DNA from: Candidatus Hydrothermarchaeota archaeon
GTDB taxonomy: Archaea > CAYFZR01
Direction: 5' to 3'
NCBI GenBank assembly: GCA_046760505.1
Contig: JBHIEG010000004.1
Location: 1-64,000, forward strand
Length of the DNA: 64,000 nt
Under the pieces are notes generated by a model. The model ran no database searches. It worked only from the letters and a program-made list of their open reading frames with translations, and was not told where the DNA came from. Position numbers and translations under genes: made by a program. Below, piece by piece: positions 50,272 to 59,313 of the stretch (position 1 is the stretch's first letter; the number at the start of each line of letters is the position of its first letter).

Positions 50272-51266
50272 AAGATATCCCTGTGAGGAGTTAGGTCGCA
50301 TCCTGTACACGGCGGACACATTGTCTTTGGCTTATCCATCTTTAGCCCGTATGAATCGAGTATTTCCTTCTGCGCTATAGCGAGTCTTAAAAGCCTATCA
50401 GCGCTGGGTCTACTTGCTCTATTATCTGTTGAACGCATCAAATCCCCCCTTCTCAAAGGAGATATAACTAGTGCCCGTAGTATGGGAATGACCCCAATCG
50501 ATGCTAAATGCTCGATTCCTTCTATTACCGTTTCATCGCTCTCTCCCAGACCTATAATCATGTTTGAAGTCACTTTATTTTCTCCAAATACTTCTACAGC
50601 ATATTTCAGTGAATCTATAATTTCATCGAGAGATAAATCCTTGCATGTTCTTTTGAATATCTCCTGATCGTAACTCTCTATGTTGTACTTTATTTCATCG
50701 GCTCCAGCGCTGTACAGTAGATCTGTCCCCTCGTTTCCTGCAGAATAAGGAGATACGCCTATTGGGACATTAAATTCTTCTTTTGCCAGTCTGATTATTT
50801 TTGCCAGTTTAATTACCTCTTCTCTGGGATCTTTAGGTACCCCACTCGTTAGAGAAATCGCTGAAAATTCCTTATTTTTTGAGGCTGATCTTATCATATC
50901 CAATACTTTCTCAACTGATCTGTTTTCACCTTTCAGTTTGGGTACTGGACAGAATTTACAATCGAATATACAGGAGGCATCTACTGTTATGTAAGCCTGT
51001 TTTGGACAATGAAGAATTGGTTCTTCAAGTTCAAATTTATCGATTATTATTTCGTCCTCCATTATTATTTCATTTTCCTTTAGTATAAGAGGAGAATCCT
51101 TTGCTATTGTAAGTCTTACTCTTTTCCCACCTTTTTTTATGAATATGGATTCTGAACCGGCGCCAGGTCCAGAAGCAGAGTAACCTAGCCTTAAATTATC
51201 AATACTAACCTCGTCGATGTTTATTTTTCCTATTGAGATTAGTTTTGCCTTTATTTCGGGCTTCAT
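50268..51266 (-). CDS. Radical SAM protein, biotin-synthase-related (COG2516-like)
   Basis: SGPGAG, HCP.QA, CIFDCKFC, IIGLGE, C-terminal CPPCTGCD. Confidence 0.88.
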   Translation of the reverse strand: MKPEIKAKLISIGKINIDEVSIDNLRLGYSASGPGAGSESIFIKKGGKRVRLTIAKDSPLILKENEIIMEDEIIIDKFELEEPILHCPKQAYITVDASCIFDCKFCPVPKLKGENRSVEKVLDMIRSASKNKEFSAISLTSGVPKDPREEVIKLAKIIRLAKEEFNVPIGVSPYSAGNEGTDLLYSAGADEIKYNIESYDQEIFKRTCKDLSLDEIIDSLKYAVEVFGENKVTSNMIIGLGESDETVIEGIEHLASIGVIPILRALVISPLRRGDLMRSTDNRASRPSADRLLRLAIAQKEILDSYGLKMDKPKTMCPPCTGCDLTPHRDIL

Positions 51267-52201
51267 ATCAGAACACCTTGATCTGGTTTATCATAATAAG
51301 GTATCGCTGCCAATGCACCGATTAACCCTCTTTTTCCTGTTATTTGGAATAAGTTTACGTCGTTTTTTCTCGCAACATTATAGGCTTTTTCTATTGTGAC
51401 TATGCTTTCCTTTGCCTCTCTTGAAAATTTTTTTAAATCCTCATTAATAAAAAATCTCCCATATGTTGCGAGTCCGGTTTGATCAGATAGGGTATTCTTT
51501 TCGAGATATTTCTGGGCAAACTCTATGATTTCATTCTTTTTTTCTTTTTTTGAGGCAAATCCCAATGATACACTCACGCAATTTTGAGTTTTATCAGGAT
51601 TTTTTGGATAAAGCTGAACTATTGAGTGATATATGTATTCTCCCAATCCTTTTTTCTGAATTTCGCACCCCAAATTATGCGTTAATGACCATGTTGCTCC
51701 TTCTTCTTTATTATCTGTATCATCTACTCCCAAGACTAATCTTTCCATTCTTGGCAAGACTACGGTTGCTCTACTGTACTTGCTTCCGCCTCCGCTAGCG
51801 TGTATCTCGACTCTTTTAACTCCTTCTGCCATTCCACGCGAATAGGATGCGCCAACACCTCCTCCCCCCAATCCTGCATAAGTAACATGGATTTCATTCT
51901 CTATTATTTTGATTTCCTCTATTCCTGCGCCCGAAATGCCGGGAACCAAGTTGAGATCGCATTTTCCAGCAAGAGTTAAGAAAACATTTCTCTTTCCTTC
52001 CCTTCTAGCTTCTTTTACTAATTTGCTGGTTTTTTTGAAGTGGAGAGTGGTCCAAGCCGAACCCCCAAAACTTGCAGTCTCCTCTATAATCTCTACATAG
52101 GTATTGTCCTCGCTTGCTATGGCAATTATTTTGTCACAGGGAGCAATCCACTCCTTATCTCCGAATTCTTCAGCAAACTCCTCTCTCGAATAGACCTTCA
52201 T
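51263..52201 (-). CDS. Methanogenesis marker protein 11 (C-terminal domain TiaS-like)
   Basis: YAGLGGGGVGA, GVDDTD.KEEGATW, QLYP.NP.KTQNC, GLIGALAA. Confidence 0.82.
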   Translation of the reverse strand: MKVYSREEFAEEFGDKEWIAPCDKIIAIASEDNTYVEIIEETASFGGSAWTTLHFKKTSKLVKEARREGKRNVFLTLAGKCDLNLVPGISGAGIEEIKIIENEIHVTYAGLGGGGVGASYSRGMAEGVKRVEIHASGGGSKYSRATVVLPRMERLVLGVDDTDNKEEGATWSLTHNLGCEIQKKGLGEYIYHSIVQLYPKNPDKTQNCVSVSLGFASKKEKKNEIIEFAQKYLEKNTLSDQTGLATYGRFFINEDLKKFSREAKESIVTIEKAYNVARKNDVNLFQITGKRGLIGALAAIPYYDKPDQGVLI

Positions 52202-52225
52202 CCTATCACCTTTGAAGAAGGTTTA

Positions 52226-53032
52226 TTAAAATGATATTTCTTTTCTAAAGAACCTTTGGATGTCAAAGCCCTTAGTTTTCATCCTTAAGAGAGTTGTTGA
52301 GTAGGGATCGATAATCTCCTCTTCCAGATATTTTACCAAAATGGGATCTATCTCCTTTAATTTATCGATTAACTCGTTTCTTTCAGATTTATTCATTATT
52401 CTGGGATCTGTCATTGCTGCAACATGAAATCTTACACCGTAATCCAACAGATTTTTGATAGCATCAAATGGAATTTCGAAAGACTCGGGAATTGCTCCTG
52501 TCAGAAATGAGAACTTTTCCGGAGTTCCTGCTTTGAGCGATACTCTTACATGGACTTTTTTATAATTTTTTAATTTTTTTACGTAGTCTTTATCAATTCC
52601 AAATAAGATTCCGTTGGTTTCTAATATAAATAAAGAAAAATCCGAATCTTCTACATACTCTAAAAGAGATAGAAGGTGTTCTTTTCCTAAAGTTGGTTCT
52701 GCTCCTGAAATCCTTAATTTTCGAACGTTATACATTTTTGCTGCCTTGGATAACCTCTCATAGGCTTCTTTGGGAGAATAGAAAGAACCCATGCTCTCAG
52801 GATACTCTCTGCTTAAATCCACCCAGCAAAAACAGCATCTCAAGCAGCATCCACATGCGTATCCAGTACTGATCCCTCCATAGACACCTACCGTATAGAA
52901 ATCCGTGTATTTTCTCTCTTCTCTATTTTTTCCTCTGGTAACTATTTTCTCGGTTTCTTTAGCTAACCAAACCGGATCGAATGGTTTTGAGTCCTCTTCT
53001 AGAAGCCTTGGATACATAGGTGAAACATTCAT
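52226..53032 (-). CDS. Radical SAM protein (COG5014-like)
   Basis: YGGI.T....GCCLRCCFCW, RISGAEP, FILETNG, HVRVSLK; the track's longer N-terminus is the tRNA read antisense. Confidence 0.88.
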   Translation of the reverse strand: MNVSPMYPRLLEEDSKPFDPVWLAKETEKIVTRGKNREERKYTDFYTVGVYGGISTGYACGCCLRCCFCWVDLSREYPESMGSFYSPKEAYERLSKAAKMYNVRKLRISGAEPTLGKEHLLSLLEYVEDSDFSLFILETNGILFGIDKDYVKKLKNYKKVHVRVSLKAGTPEKFSFLTGAIPESFEIPFDAIKNLLDYGVRFHVAAMTDPRIMNKSERNELIDKLKEIDPILVKYLEEEIIDPYSTTLLRMKTKGFDIQRFFRKEISF

Positions 53033-53121
53033 AAATAAAATTTGGAACCGATGATTAATAAGTTGAAGGATAAGGCAAGAGATAAATATCAGTTTATGGT
53101 TTCTTAAATATCGTGTCTCAT

Positions 53122-53194
53122 GGGCCCGTAGCTTAGTGGTTAGAGCGCCCGGCTCATAACCGGGCGGTCGCGGGTTCGAATCCTGCCGGGCCCA
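53122..53194 (+). tRNA. tRNA with CAT anticodon, most likely tRNA-Ile2 (agmatidine type)
   Basis: GGGCCCG acceptor as in archaeal Ile tRNAs, A discriminator, CCCGG-CTCATAA-CCGGG, GGTTCGAATCC; lacks the initiator A1-U72 pair. Confidence 0.9.
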
Positions 53195-53240
53195 CCTCAC
53201 ACGAAGATCGAAGATCCTCGGTGCGCCAAAAATCCTCGAT

Positions 53241-53261
53241 TCAACCTTTTATAAAGGTTGA
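53241..53261. repeat. Inverted repeat TCAACCTTT-TAT-AAAGGTTGA downstream of the tRNA
   Basis: Perfect 9-bp stem, preceded by short tandem CGAAGAT and ATCCTCG repeats. Confidence 0.7.
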
Positions 53262-53357
53262 TCAAAGGAACCACCTCTTCGAGGTAGATCATCATGCATT
53301 TGTTTTTACATTTTTGTTTTATTTCTAAAAGTTCGTTTTTTATTTTCGCTTTGTCAC

Positions 53358-53740
53358 CTATCTCACGCAAGATCTTCCCTCTTGAATTATTTCTTTCATT
53401 TCTACAGGAGCGTTCTCTTCATAAAATTGTGTCACATATCCTAATACTTTTTCAGCATTTCCTACCAATTCCTTAGACAACTTTTCATCGTAGATTTCTT
53501 CAGGGGAGATTATTCTCTCGTGTGTTTCCCATCCATATCTTGGCATACTCCGTTGTTCTTCCAACGAACCCGCTTCTTTAATAATTTTTACCAGGAGATT
53601 TACGTCTTTTTCTTTAATTTTCAGTCTCTTTAACTGAGTGGGCTTTCCAAAATATCTGAGATGTTTCTCGATGGAAAATGAGTTTTTTCAATTGTCATCC
53701 GAAACCAATCAGAAGACCCTTGCGTGTTTTTCATTGATAT
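53358..53740 (-). pseudogene. Frameshifted HEPN-domain gene remnant
   Basis: Fragments in different frames: EKH../KGLLIGFG/MTIEKTHFPS../LEEQRSMPRYG...PEEIYDEK...NAEKVLGYV, matching the HEPN KTH and RY..PEE.Y pattern. Confidence 0.6.
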
Positions 53741-53870
53741 CTAAATTTCATTTAAGAATAGGAGTTTAGATGCATGAGGAGAAAATCAAAAGCAAGACAT
53801 AATTAAGCGATTTCTAAGAATGAATATCACTTAATCAAATTATTTAAACTAGTTATGCTGGATAAAATTC

Positions 53871-55241
53871 ATGGATGATACTCTGAATAAGAGATCTGTT
53901 TTACTTGTTGCTACATTGGCTTCTTTCCTTACTCCATTTATGGGCTCATCCATTAATATTGCACTTCCTTCAATTGGAACAGAATTTGCAATGGATGCGG
54001 TTCTGTTGAGTTGGGTTGCCACTTCGTATCTTTTAGCCGCCGCAATGTTTCTTGTTCCATTTGGAAGGATAGCAGACATACATGGAAGAAAGAGAATCTT
54101 TACATACGGCATAATAATCTATACGGTTTCCTCATTCCTCTCCGCAATCTCAACTTCTTCTCTTATGCTTATTTCATTTAGGGTTTTACATGGGATAGGT
54201 AGTGCAATGATATTTGGTACTGGGGTTGCACTTCTCACTTCCGTATTTCCTGTTGGAGAGAGGGGTAAGGTCTTGGGAATAAATGTTGCAGCAGTTTATT
54301 TAGGACTTTCATCTGGCCCATTTTTGGGCGGATTTCTTACACAACATTTTGGCTGGAGAAGCATATTTCTTGCAAACATCCCTCTAGGCTTGATAATAAT
54401 TTTTTTAATTTTCTGGAAATTGAAGGGAGAGTGGGCAGGGGCAAAAGGTGAAAAGTTCGATTTCACCGGCTCCATAATCTACAGTCTCACGCTCATCGCG
54501 ATAATTTATGGTTTCTCCCTGCTTCCAGCGATGTCAGGTGCTTGGTTAATTTTGATTGGTCTTTTGGGGATTTCAACATTTGTTAGGTGGGAAATGAATG
54601 TGGAAAGTCCTGTTTTGGATATAAATCTCTTCAGAAATAACACAGTATTTGCTTTCTCTAATCTTGCGGCGTTGATTAACTATAGTGCAACCTTTGCGGT
54701 AAGTTTCCTCTTAAGTCTTTACTTGCAGTACGTAAAAGGGCTTAACCCTCAGGAAGCAGGTTTCATCCTTGTCTCTCAGCCAGCTGTGATGGCTGTTTTT
54801 TCACCACTAGCAGGAAGGCTTTCCGATAGAATAGAGCCAAGAATAGTTGCCTCATCAGGAATGGCCTTGACAACCATAGGACTTTTCCTATTTACCTTTT
54901 TATCTGAAAAAACAGCCTTAGAGTTCGTTGTGGGCAGTTTAATTCTGCTAGGTTTTGGTCTCGCCCTTTTTTCGTCTCCAAATACAAACGCGGTTATGAG
55001 TTCTGTTGAAAAAAGATTTTATGGAGTGGCTTCAGGGACACTTGCAACTATGCGGCTCGTTGGACAGATGCTCAGCATGGGCATTGCCATGCTGATATTT
55101 GCCATATTTCTTGGTAGGGTTCAGATTACACCTGCTAACTTCCATCTCTTTTTAATAAGTGCGAAGGTAGCGTTCATCGTTTTCTCCATACTTTGTTTTG
55201 GTGGCATATTCGCATCGCTTGGAAGGGGAAAAGTTAGATAA
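53871..55241 (+). CDS. MFS transporter, DHA2-like (about 14 TM)
   Basis: NIALPSI, GRIADIHGRKR, GPFLGG.LT...GWRSIF..N. Confidence 0.92.
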   Translation: MDDTLNKRSVLLVATLASFLTPFMGSSINIALPSIGTEFAMDAVLLSWVATSYLLAAAMFLVPFGRIADIHGRKRIFTYGIIIYTVSSFLSAISTSSLMLISFRVLHGIGSAMIFGTGVALLTSVFPVGERGKVLGINVAAVYLGLSSGPFLGGFLTQHFGWRSIFLANIPLGLIIIFLIFWKLKGEWAGAKGEKFDFTGSIIYSLTLIAIIYGFSLLPAMSGAWLILIGLLGISTFVRWEMNVESPVLDINLFRNNTVFAFSNLAALINYSATFAVSFLLSLYLQYVKGLNPQEAGFILVSQPAVMAVFSPLAGRLSDRIEPRIVASSGMALTTIGLFLFTFLSEKTALEFVVGSLILLGFGLALFSSPNTNAVMSSVEKRFYGVASGTLATMRLVGQMLSMGIAMLIFAIFLGRVQITPANFHLFLISAKVAFIVFSILCFGGIFASLGRGKVR

Positions 55242-55288
55242 TTTTTTAAGTTTTTTCTGGTATTTTAAGCACCAGATTTTTAAGTTTT

Positions 55289-56365
55289 ATGAAAAAGTCT
55301 AATGATATGACTCTTAAATTCAAACCCATATGGTTTGATTCTTTTGGTGCAAAAAGTTCTTGCACGCTGGTTAAAACTCCAGATGTTTCTGTTCTAATAG
55401 ACCCTGGGATAGCGGTCATGCATCCGAGTTTTCCCGCTGGTAAAGAAGAAAAAATTTACTGGAAATCTCAGGGTCAAAAAGCGATAAAAAAAGCGAGTGA
55501 AAAAGCAGATGTGATAATCATATCTCATTATCATTACGATCACTATCTTCCAAATGATATGAATTTGTACGAAAATAAACTTTTGCTCGCAAAAAATCCA
55601 AATGAATACATAAACGATTCACAGCGAAGGAGAGCAGAGGATTTTTATTCAAAAATTTGCGAGCAATTTGGAAAGATTAAACTGGAAAGTGTATTAAAAC
55701 AACCAAAGAGCAAAGAGTATGTAGATCCCTTGGACGATTTGCCCATAGCCAGACATAAAGACTTTGGAAATTATAACGAAAGGAGAAACCAATTGTTTGA
55801 TCAAGGTAGAAAAGGATTTAAACGCAGAGTTAGCAAGTGGAACAAAAATCCAGAGATACCTGAGTTGAGATTCAACGGGTTAGAGGTAAAATTCGCAGAA
55901 GGCAGGGAGTTCCGCTTCGGTGAGACAAAACTAAGATTCACAAACCCTTTGTTTCATGGAATTGAATTTTCAAGGGTAGGATGGATATTTGCTACGGTAA
56001 TAGAGCATGAAGGTAAAAAATTGATGCACACAAGCGATATGAACGGTCCAATAATAGAAGACTATGCAGAATTAATTGTAGGGGAAAAGCCAAACATACT
56101 GATTTTAGACGGTCCGATGACTTATATGCTCGGTTACTTGCTGAACAGAACTAATTTGAAAAGAGCAATAACCAATGTTTTGAGGATAATAAAGGATACT
56201 AAAACAGATCTCATTATCTATGACCATCATTTGCCGAGAGAAGCCAAATTTAAGGAAAATACCAAAGATGTCTGGGAGGTTGCAAAAAAATTAAATAAAA
56301 AGGTGCTTACTGCTGCGGAGTTTTTGGGTGAAACCCCAAAGGTTTTGGAAAGGAAGACTTCGTGA
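55289..56365 (+). CDS. Metallo-beta-lactamase-fold hydrolase (UPF0282-like)
   Basis: FDSFGAKS, IDPG, ISHYHYDH, HG, TSD, DHHL.R. Confidence 0.85.
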   Translation: MKKSNDMTLKFKPIWFDSFGAKSSCTLVKTPDVSVLIDPGIAVMHPSFPAGKEEKIYWKSQGQKAIKKASEKADVIIISHYHYDHYLPNDMNLYENKLLLAKNPNEYINDSQRRRAEDFYSKICEQFGKIKLESVLKQPKSKEYVDPLDDLPIARHKDFGNYNERRNQLFDQGRKGFKRRVSKWNKNPEIPELRFNGLEVKFAEGREFRFGETKLRFTNPLFHGIEFSRVGWIFATVIEHEGKKLMHTSDMNGPIIEDYAELIVGEKPNILILDGPMTYMLGYLLNRTNLKRAITNVLRIIKDTKTDLIIYDHHLPREAKFKENTKDVWEVAKKLNKKVLTAAEFLGETPKVLERKTS

Positions 56366-56468
56366 ACTTTACTTCGACCTTCTTTTTTATTCTTTGAACT
56401 TCTTCCAGTAGGACAAATCCTCTCTCAGGACTTTATATGAATTGGTTTAAATCTAATTTCTGGAGAGA

Positions 56469-56526
56469 GTCAAGTACTCTTGACATATAGTAAAGTTTAA
56501 ATAACATTATGTAATATATTCTTTAC
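56469..56526. promoter_or_regulatory. Three phased 16-bp operator-like palindromes
   Basis: GTCAAGTACTCTTGAC (56469), GTAAAGTTTAAATAAC (56490), GTAATATATTCTTTAC (56511); exact 21-bp period. Confidence 0.65.
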
Positions 56527-56541
56527 ATAAGAGGTGATGAT

Positions 56542-56928
56542 ATGGATCGGAAGAAATTCAGACTGTGCGCAATAATAATATCAGGAACTATGGGAGGCTT
56601 AATCGGTTGGTCTGTGGCAATTGGAAATCCCGTACTGCCAATAGTTGCGGTTTTTGGGGGGATGGCGCTACTTTACTTGTGTAAAAGCAGAGTTGAAGAA
56701 GTAATAGAGGATGAGAGACTCTGGAGAATAGGTGAAAAGGCATCCCAAAGAACGCTACAGATCTTCGGATTGATGATTGCGCTAACTGGTGCCGTTTTAA
56801 TAGCACTGAGTAAAGGCGGGAGCGCTGAGTTTACACAGGCTGGCTTTGCATTAGCCTACTCTGCCTGCGCCTTAATGGTGTTGTATTACATTTTCTACGG
56901 ATACTACAGCAAGAAATATGGATACTAG
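56542..56928 (+). CDS. DUF2178-family membrane protein
   Basis: V..DER...I.EKAS..T, four TM helices, YY..KY end. Confidence 0.85.
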   Translation: MDRKKFRLCAIIISGTMGGLIGWSVAIGNPVLPIVAVFGGMALLYLCKSRVEEVIEDERLWRIGEKASQRTLQIFGLMIALTGAVLIALSKGGSAEFTQAGFALAYSACALMVLYYIFYGYYSKKYGY

Positions 56929-56935
56929 TGGTAAG

Positions 56936-57139
56936 ATGAGAAACAAACTCAAGGTTTACAGAGCGATGCATGATTTAACACAGGAGGCGCTTGCAGAGGA
57001 GCTTGGAGTAACTAGACAGACAATAATAGCCATAGAAAAAGGAAAGTACGACCCATCTTTAGAACTGGCATTCAAAATAGCAAGGCTCTTTAAAGTTAAA
57101 ATTGAAGACATCTTTATCTATGAAGAAAATGAGAAATAA
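56936..57139 (+). CDS. XRE-family HTH regulator
   Basis: MRNKLK.YR...LTQE.LA..LGVTRQTIIAIEKGKYDPSLELAFKIA. Confidence 0.95.
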   Translation: MRNKLKVYRAMHDLTQEALAEELGVTRQTIIAIEKGKYDPSLELAFKIARLFKVKIEDIFIYEENEK

Positions 57140-57307
57140 GTTGGCAACTCTGGTATGCTTCGCTTATATGGTTCCACCGAGTCGAACAATGGCAAGTATA
57201 TGATCGCTTCTGCCGTTCAAATTGCTCTCGTCAACTCTCCTATCCGCGAAACGCTAGCAGAAATTTGGTGCTCTAAATTAGTTAACGATACAAAATTCTA
57301 AAATTTT

Positions 57308-57826
57308 TTAAATATATGATTCAATCACGCTAGGATATTCTTTATGGAGCAATTTCTCTAGTTCTTCCGTTAACATTAAATCCAATTTCTTCTGCTTCTT
57401 TGAAATAAGCCTAAGATTAGAGTATATTACAGGTCCTTGCGCCACCATGGGACCCTTTAACTTATCTTGTGGAACCGGTTTTATGTCCGCAATCATTTCA
57501 ACCGTTTGCTGAGAAAGAAAACCTTTTTTCTCTATTTCTTTTGATAATTCAATCATCAATCTCTTAGAAATAGGTCTAAATCCATAAGATGGGAATTTTT
57601 CTGTGATTTTCTTTATATAATCTCTATCCGTTCTTGCACCAAATCCAACTGACTTGTAAGGATTTATTGTTTCCGTTTTAATGTGCCAAGATTCTTCTAA
57701 ACTGGAAATGAATATATTACTATAACCTCTCTCATCTTTTCCTACCAAAACTCCCCATCCCTCGGGTTTTTTGTTGTACTTTCTTACTATTTCATCCATT
57801 ATTTCTTCAAAGTGTTTTATTTCCAT
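57308..57826 (-). CDS. Conserved euryarchaeal hypothetical protein
   Basis: 172-aa ORF with GW...G, NPY...G.G, GFRP and GP motifs. Confidence 0.7.
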   Translation of the reverse strand: MEIKHFEEIMDEIVRKYNKKPEGWGVLVGKDERGYSNIFISSLEESWHIKTETINPYKSVGFGARTDRDYIKKITEKFPSYGFRPISKRLMIELSKEIEKKGFLSQQTVEMIADIKPVPQDKLKGPMVAQGPVIYSNLRLISKKQKKLDLMLTEELEKLLHKEYPSVIESYI

Positions 57827-57865
57827 ACGTCATCATCTTAGGATCATTTATTTTAACATAAATCT

Positions 57866-58453
57866 TCATTCGGGAAGGTATATTACAACTTTCCCCTTCT
57901 CATTAGTACTCTCATTTATCTTCTTGATCAGGTAATTTCTCCATTCTTGGGTTCCAACGGCTCTGACATCTATATCTTTCAATTCTGAAATTGAATTTGC
58001 GGTTAATATTTTCTTTCTTAACCTAGCTTTTTCGGGATTATATGCCAGAGGGCCCGTGAAAATTTTCTCAACCTCTGATAGTTTTTCATACCTAAGTCTT
58101 TCAAGCGTGGCTATGCTCTTTACCTCTATTGCATTAACTTCTTCTATTGATCTTGCTTTCATTGTTCTTTCAATTAAGTCATTCATTTTTGGACTCCTAA
58201 TGCCAGAAAACTCCTTTTTAATCTCCAAAATTTTGTTCTTTTTTGTAATTTCTAGTTTTTCCTTTTTAGGCTTCAGATAAAATAAATAAGTGATTCCACC
58301 ACCTATTGAGGAGAATATTAAAATAAAAACCAACGCTCCCACAATCAATCTTAGTTTATCTCTTTCTGGAGGTCTTTCTACTACTAATTCAGCTTCAGGT
58401 ATTCTTTCTCTAAGATCCCTGATTTTTTCTCTAATATCCTCAGTCCTTGCCAT
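57866..58453 (-). CDS. DUF515-like membrane-anchored protein (N-terminal part)
   Basis: ED...KI..L, one TM helix, two A.SIEE...I.V-type repeats. Confidence 0.6.
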   Translation of the reverse strand: MARTEDIREKIRDLRERIPEAELVVERPPERDKLRLIVGALVFILIFSSIGGGITYLFYLKPKKEKLEITKKNKILEIKKEFSGIRSPKMNDLIERTMKARSIEEVNAIEVKSIATLERLRYEKLSEVEKIFTGPLAYNPEKARLRKKILTANSISELKDIDVRAVGTQEWRNYLIKKINESTNEKGKVVIYLPE

Positions 58454-58593
58454 CTTTAAAATGAATCATTTTTCTTTGTTTGGATTATTTTCAAATATAT
58501 GTTTCTTTCTTTAAGAACCTATCGTGTTTGCGATAACTTTGGAATTTAACGATAAAATACAATTTATATAAATAATTTAACACAATAATAGGT

Positions 58594-59313
58594 ATGGAGT
58601 ATTCCATAGTAAATACTACAAAATCCATGGTGTTAGCACATACGGCTAAAATAGCAAATAATTTTTTTTCTAGATTTAAAGGACTCATGCTGAAAACTGA
58701 GTTAAAAGACGGCTCTGGGTTGATTATTGATTTAAAAAAAGAGAGAAAATGGGCGAGCATTCACACCTTTTTCATGAGATTCCCAATTGATCTGATATAT
58801 GTTGATTCGAATAACATCGTAAAAGAGGTTGTGGAAGACCTAAGACCCTGGAGATTATACTTTCCTAAAAATAATGCTAGATACGTGATTGAATTGCCAG
58901 CGGGAATTCTTGCCGCAACCAAAACAGAAGTTGGAGATGAAATTTCATTAGAAGAGGCAGACTTCAGCTCAGCATTAACCCTAAAAGTCCAGTCTAGAAA
59001 AAACGTTACGAAAGCACTTACTTATGTGGTAAGAAATTCAATTCTCTCAATGAAATTGAAATCCGAGGTTTACTATAATCCGAACACAGGGGGACTCCAT
59101 GTTGGGGGGCCTGATAAATACTTCGTTATTGACGCTCTGGAAGAAATTTTCGGGGACGACATAGAAATTAGCGAGGGAAAAATGAAGTTCATGAAGGACG
59201 ACCATACACTGGTAGTTAGAGTAAAAAGAACGCTTCCTCTAATAAAAAAATTAAAAGAGATGAAAGGATACGAAGAAAGTATAATCCTCAAAGAAATCCA
59301 CGAGTTGTTCTAG
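58594..59313 (+). CDS. DUF192 domain protein with C-terminal extension
   Basis: A..FFSRFKGLM, SIHTFFMRFPID, L.PWR, YVIELPAG. Confidence 0.85.
   Translation: MEYSIVNTTKSMVLAHTAKIANNFFSRFKGLMLKTELKDGSGLIIDLKKERKWASIHTFFMRFPIDLIYVDSNNIVKEVVEDLRPWRLYFPKNNARYVIELPAGILAATKTEVGDEISLEEADFSSALTLKVQSRKNVTKALTYVVRNSILSMKLKSEVYYNPNTGGLHVGGPDKYFVIDALEEIFGDDIEISEGKMKFMKDDHTLVVRVKRTLPLIKKLKEMKGYEESIILKEIHELF

Noticed and set aside
53033-53200. N-terminal extension MRWARQDSNPRPPGYEPGAL of the 324-aa ORF
   Set aside because: It is the antisense reading of the tRNA at 53122-53194; the real start is at 53032 or just downstream
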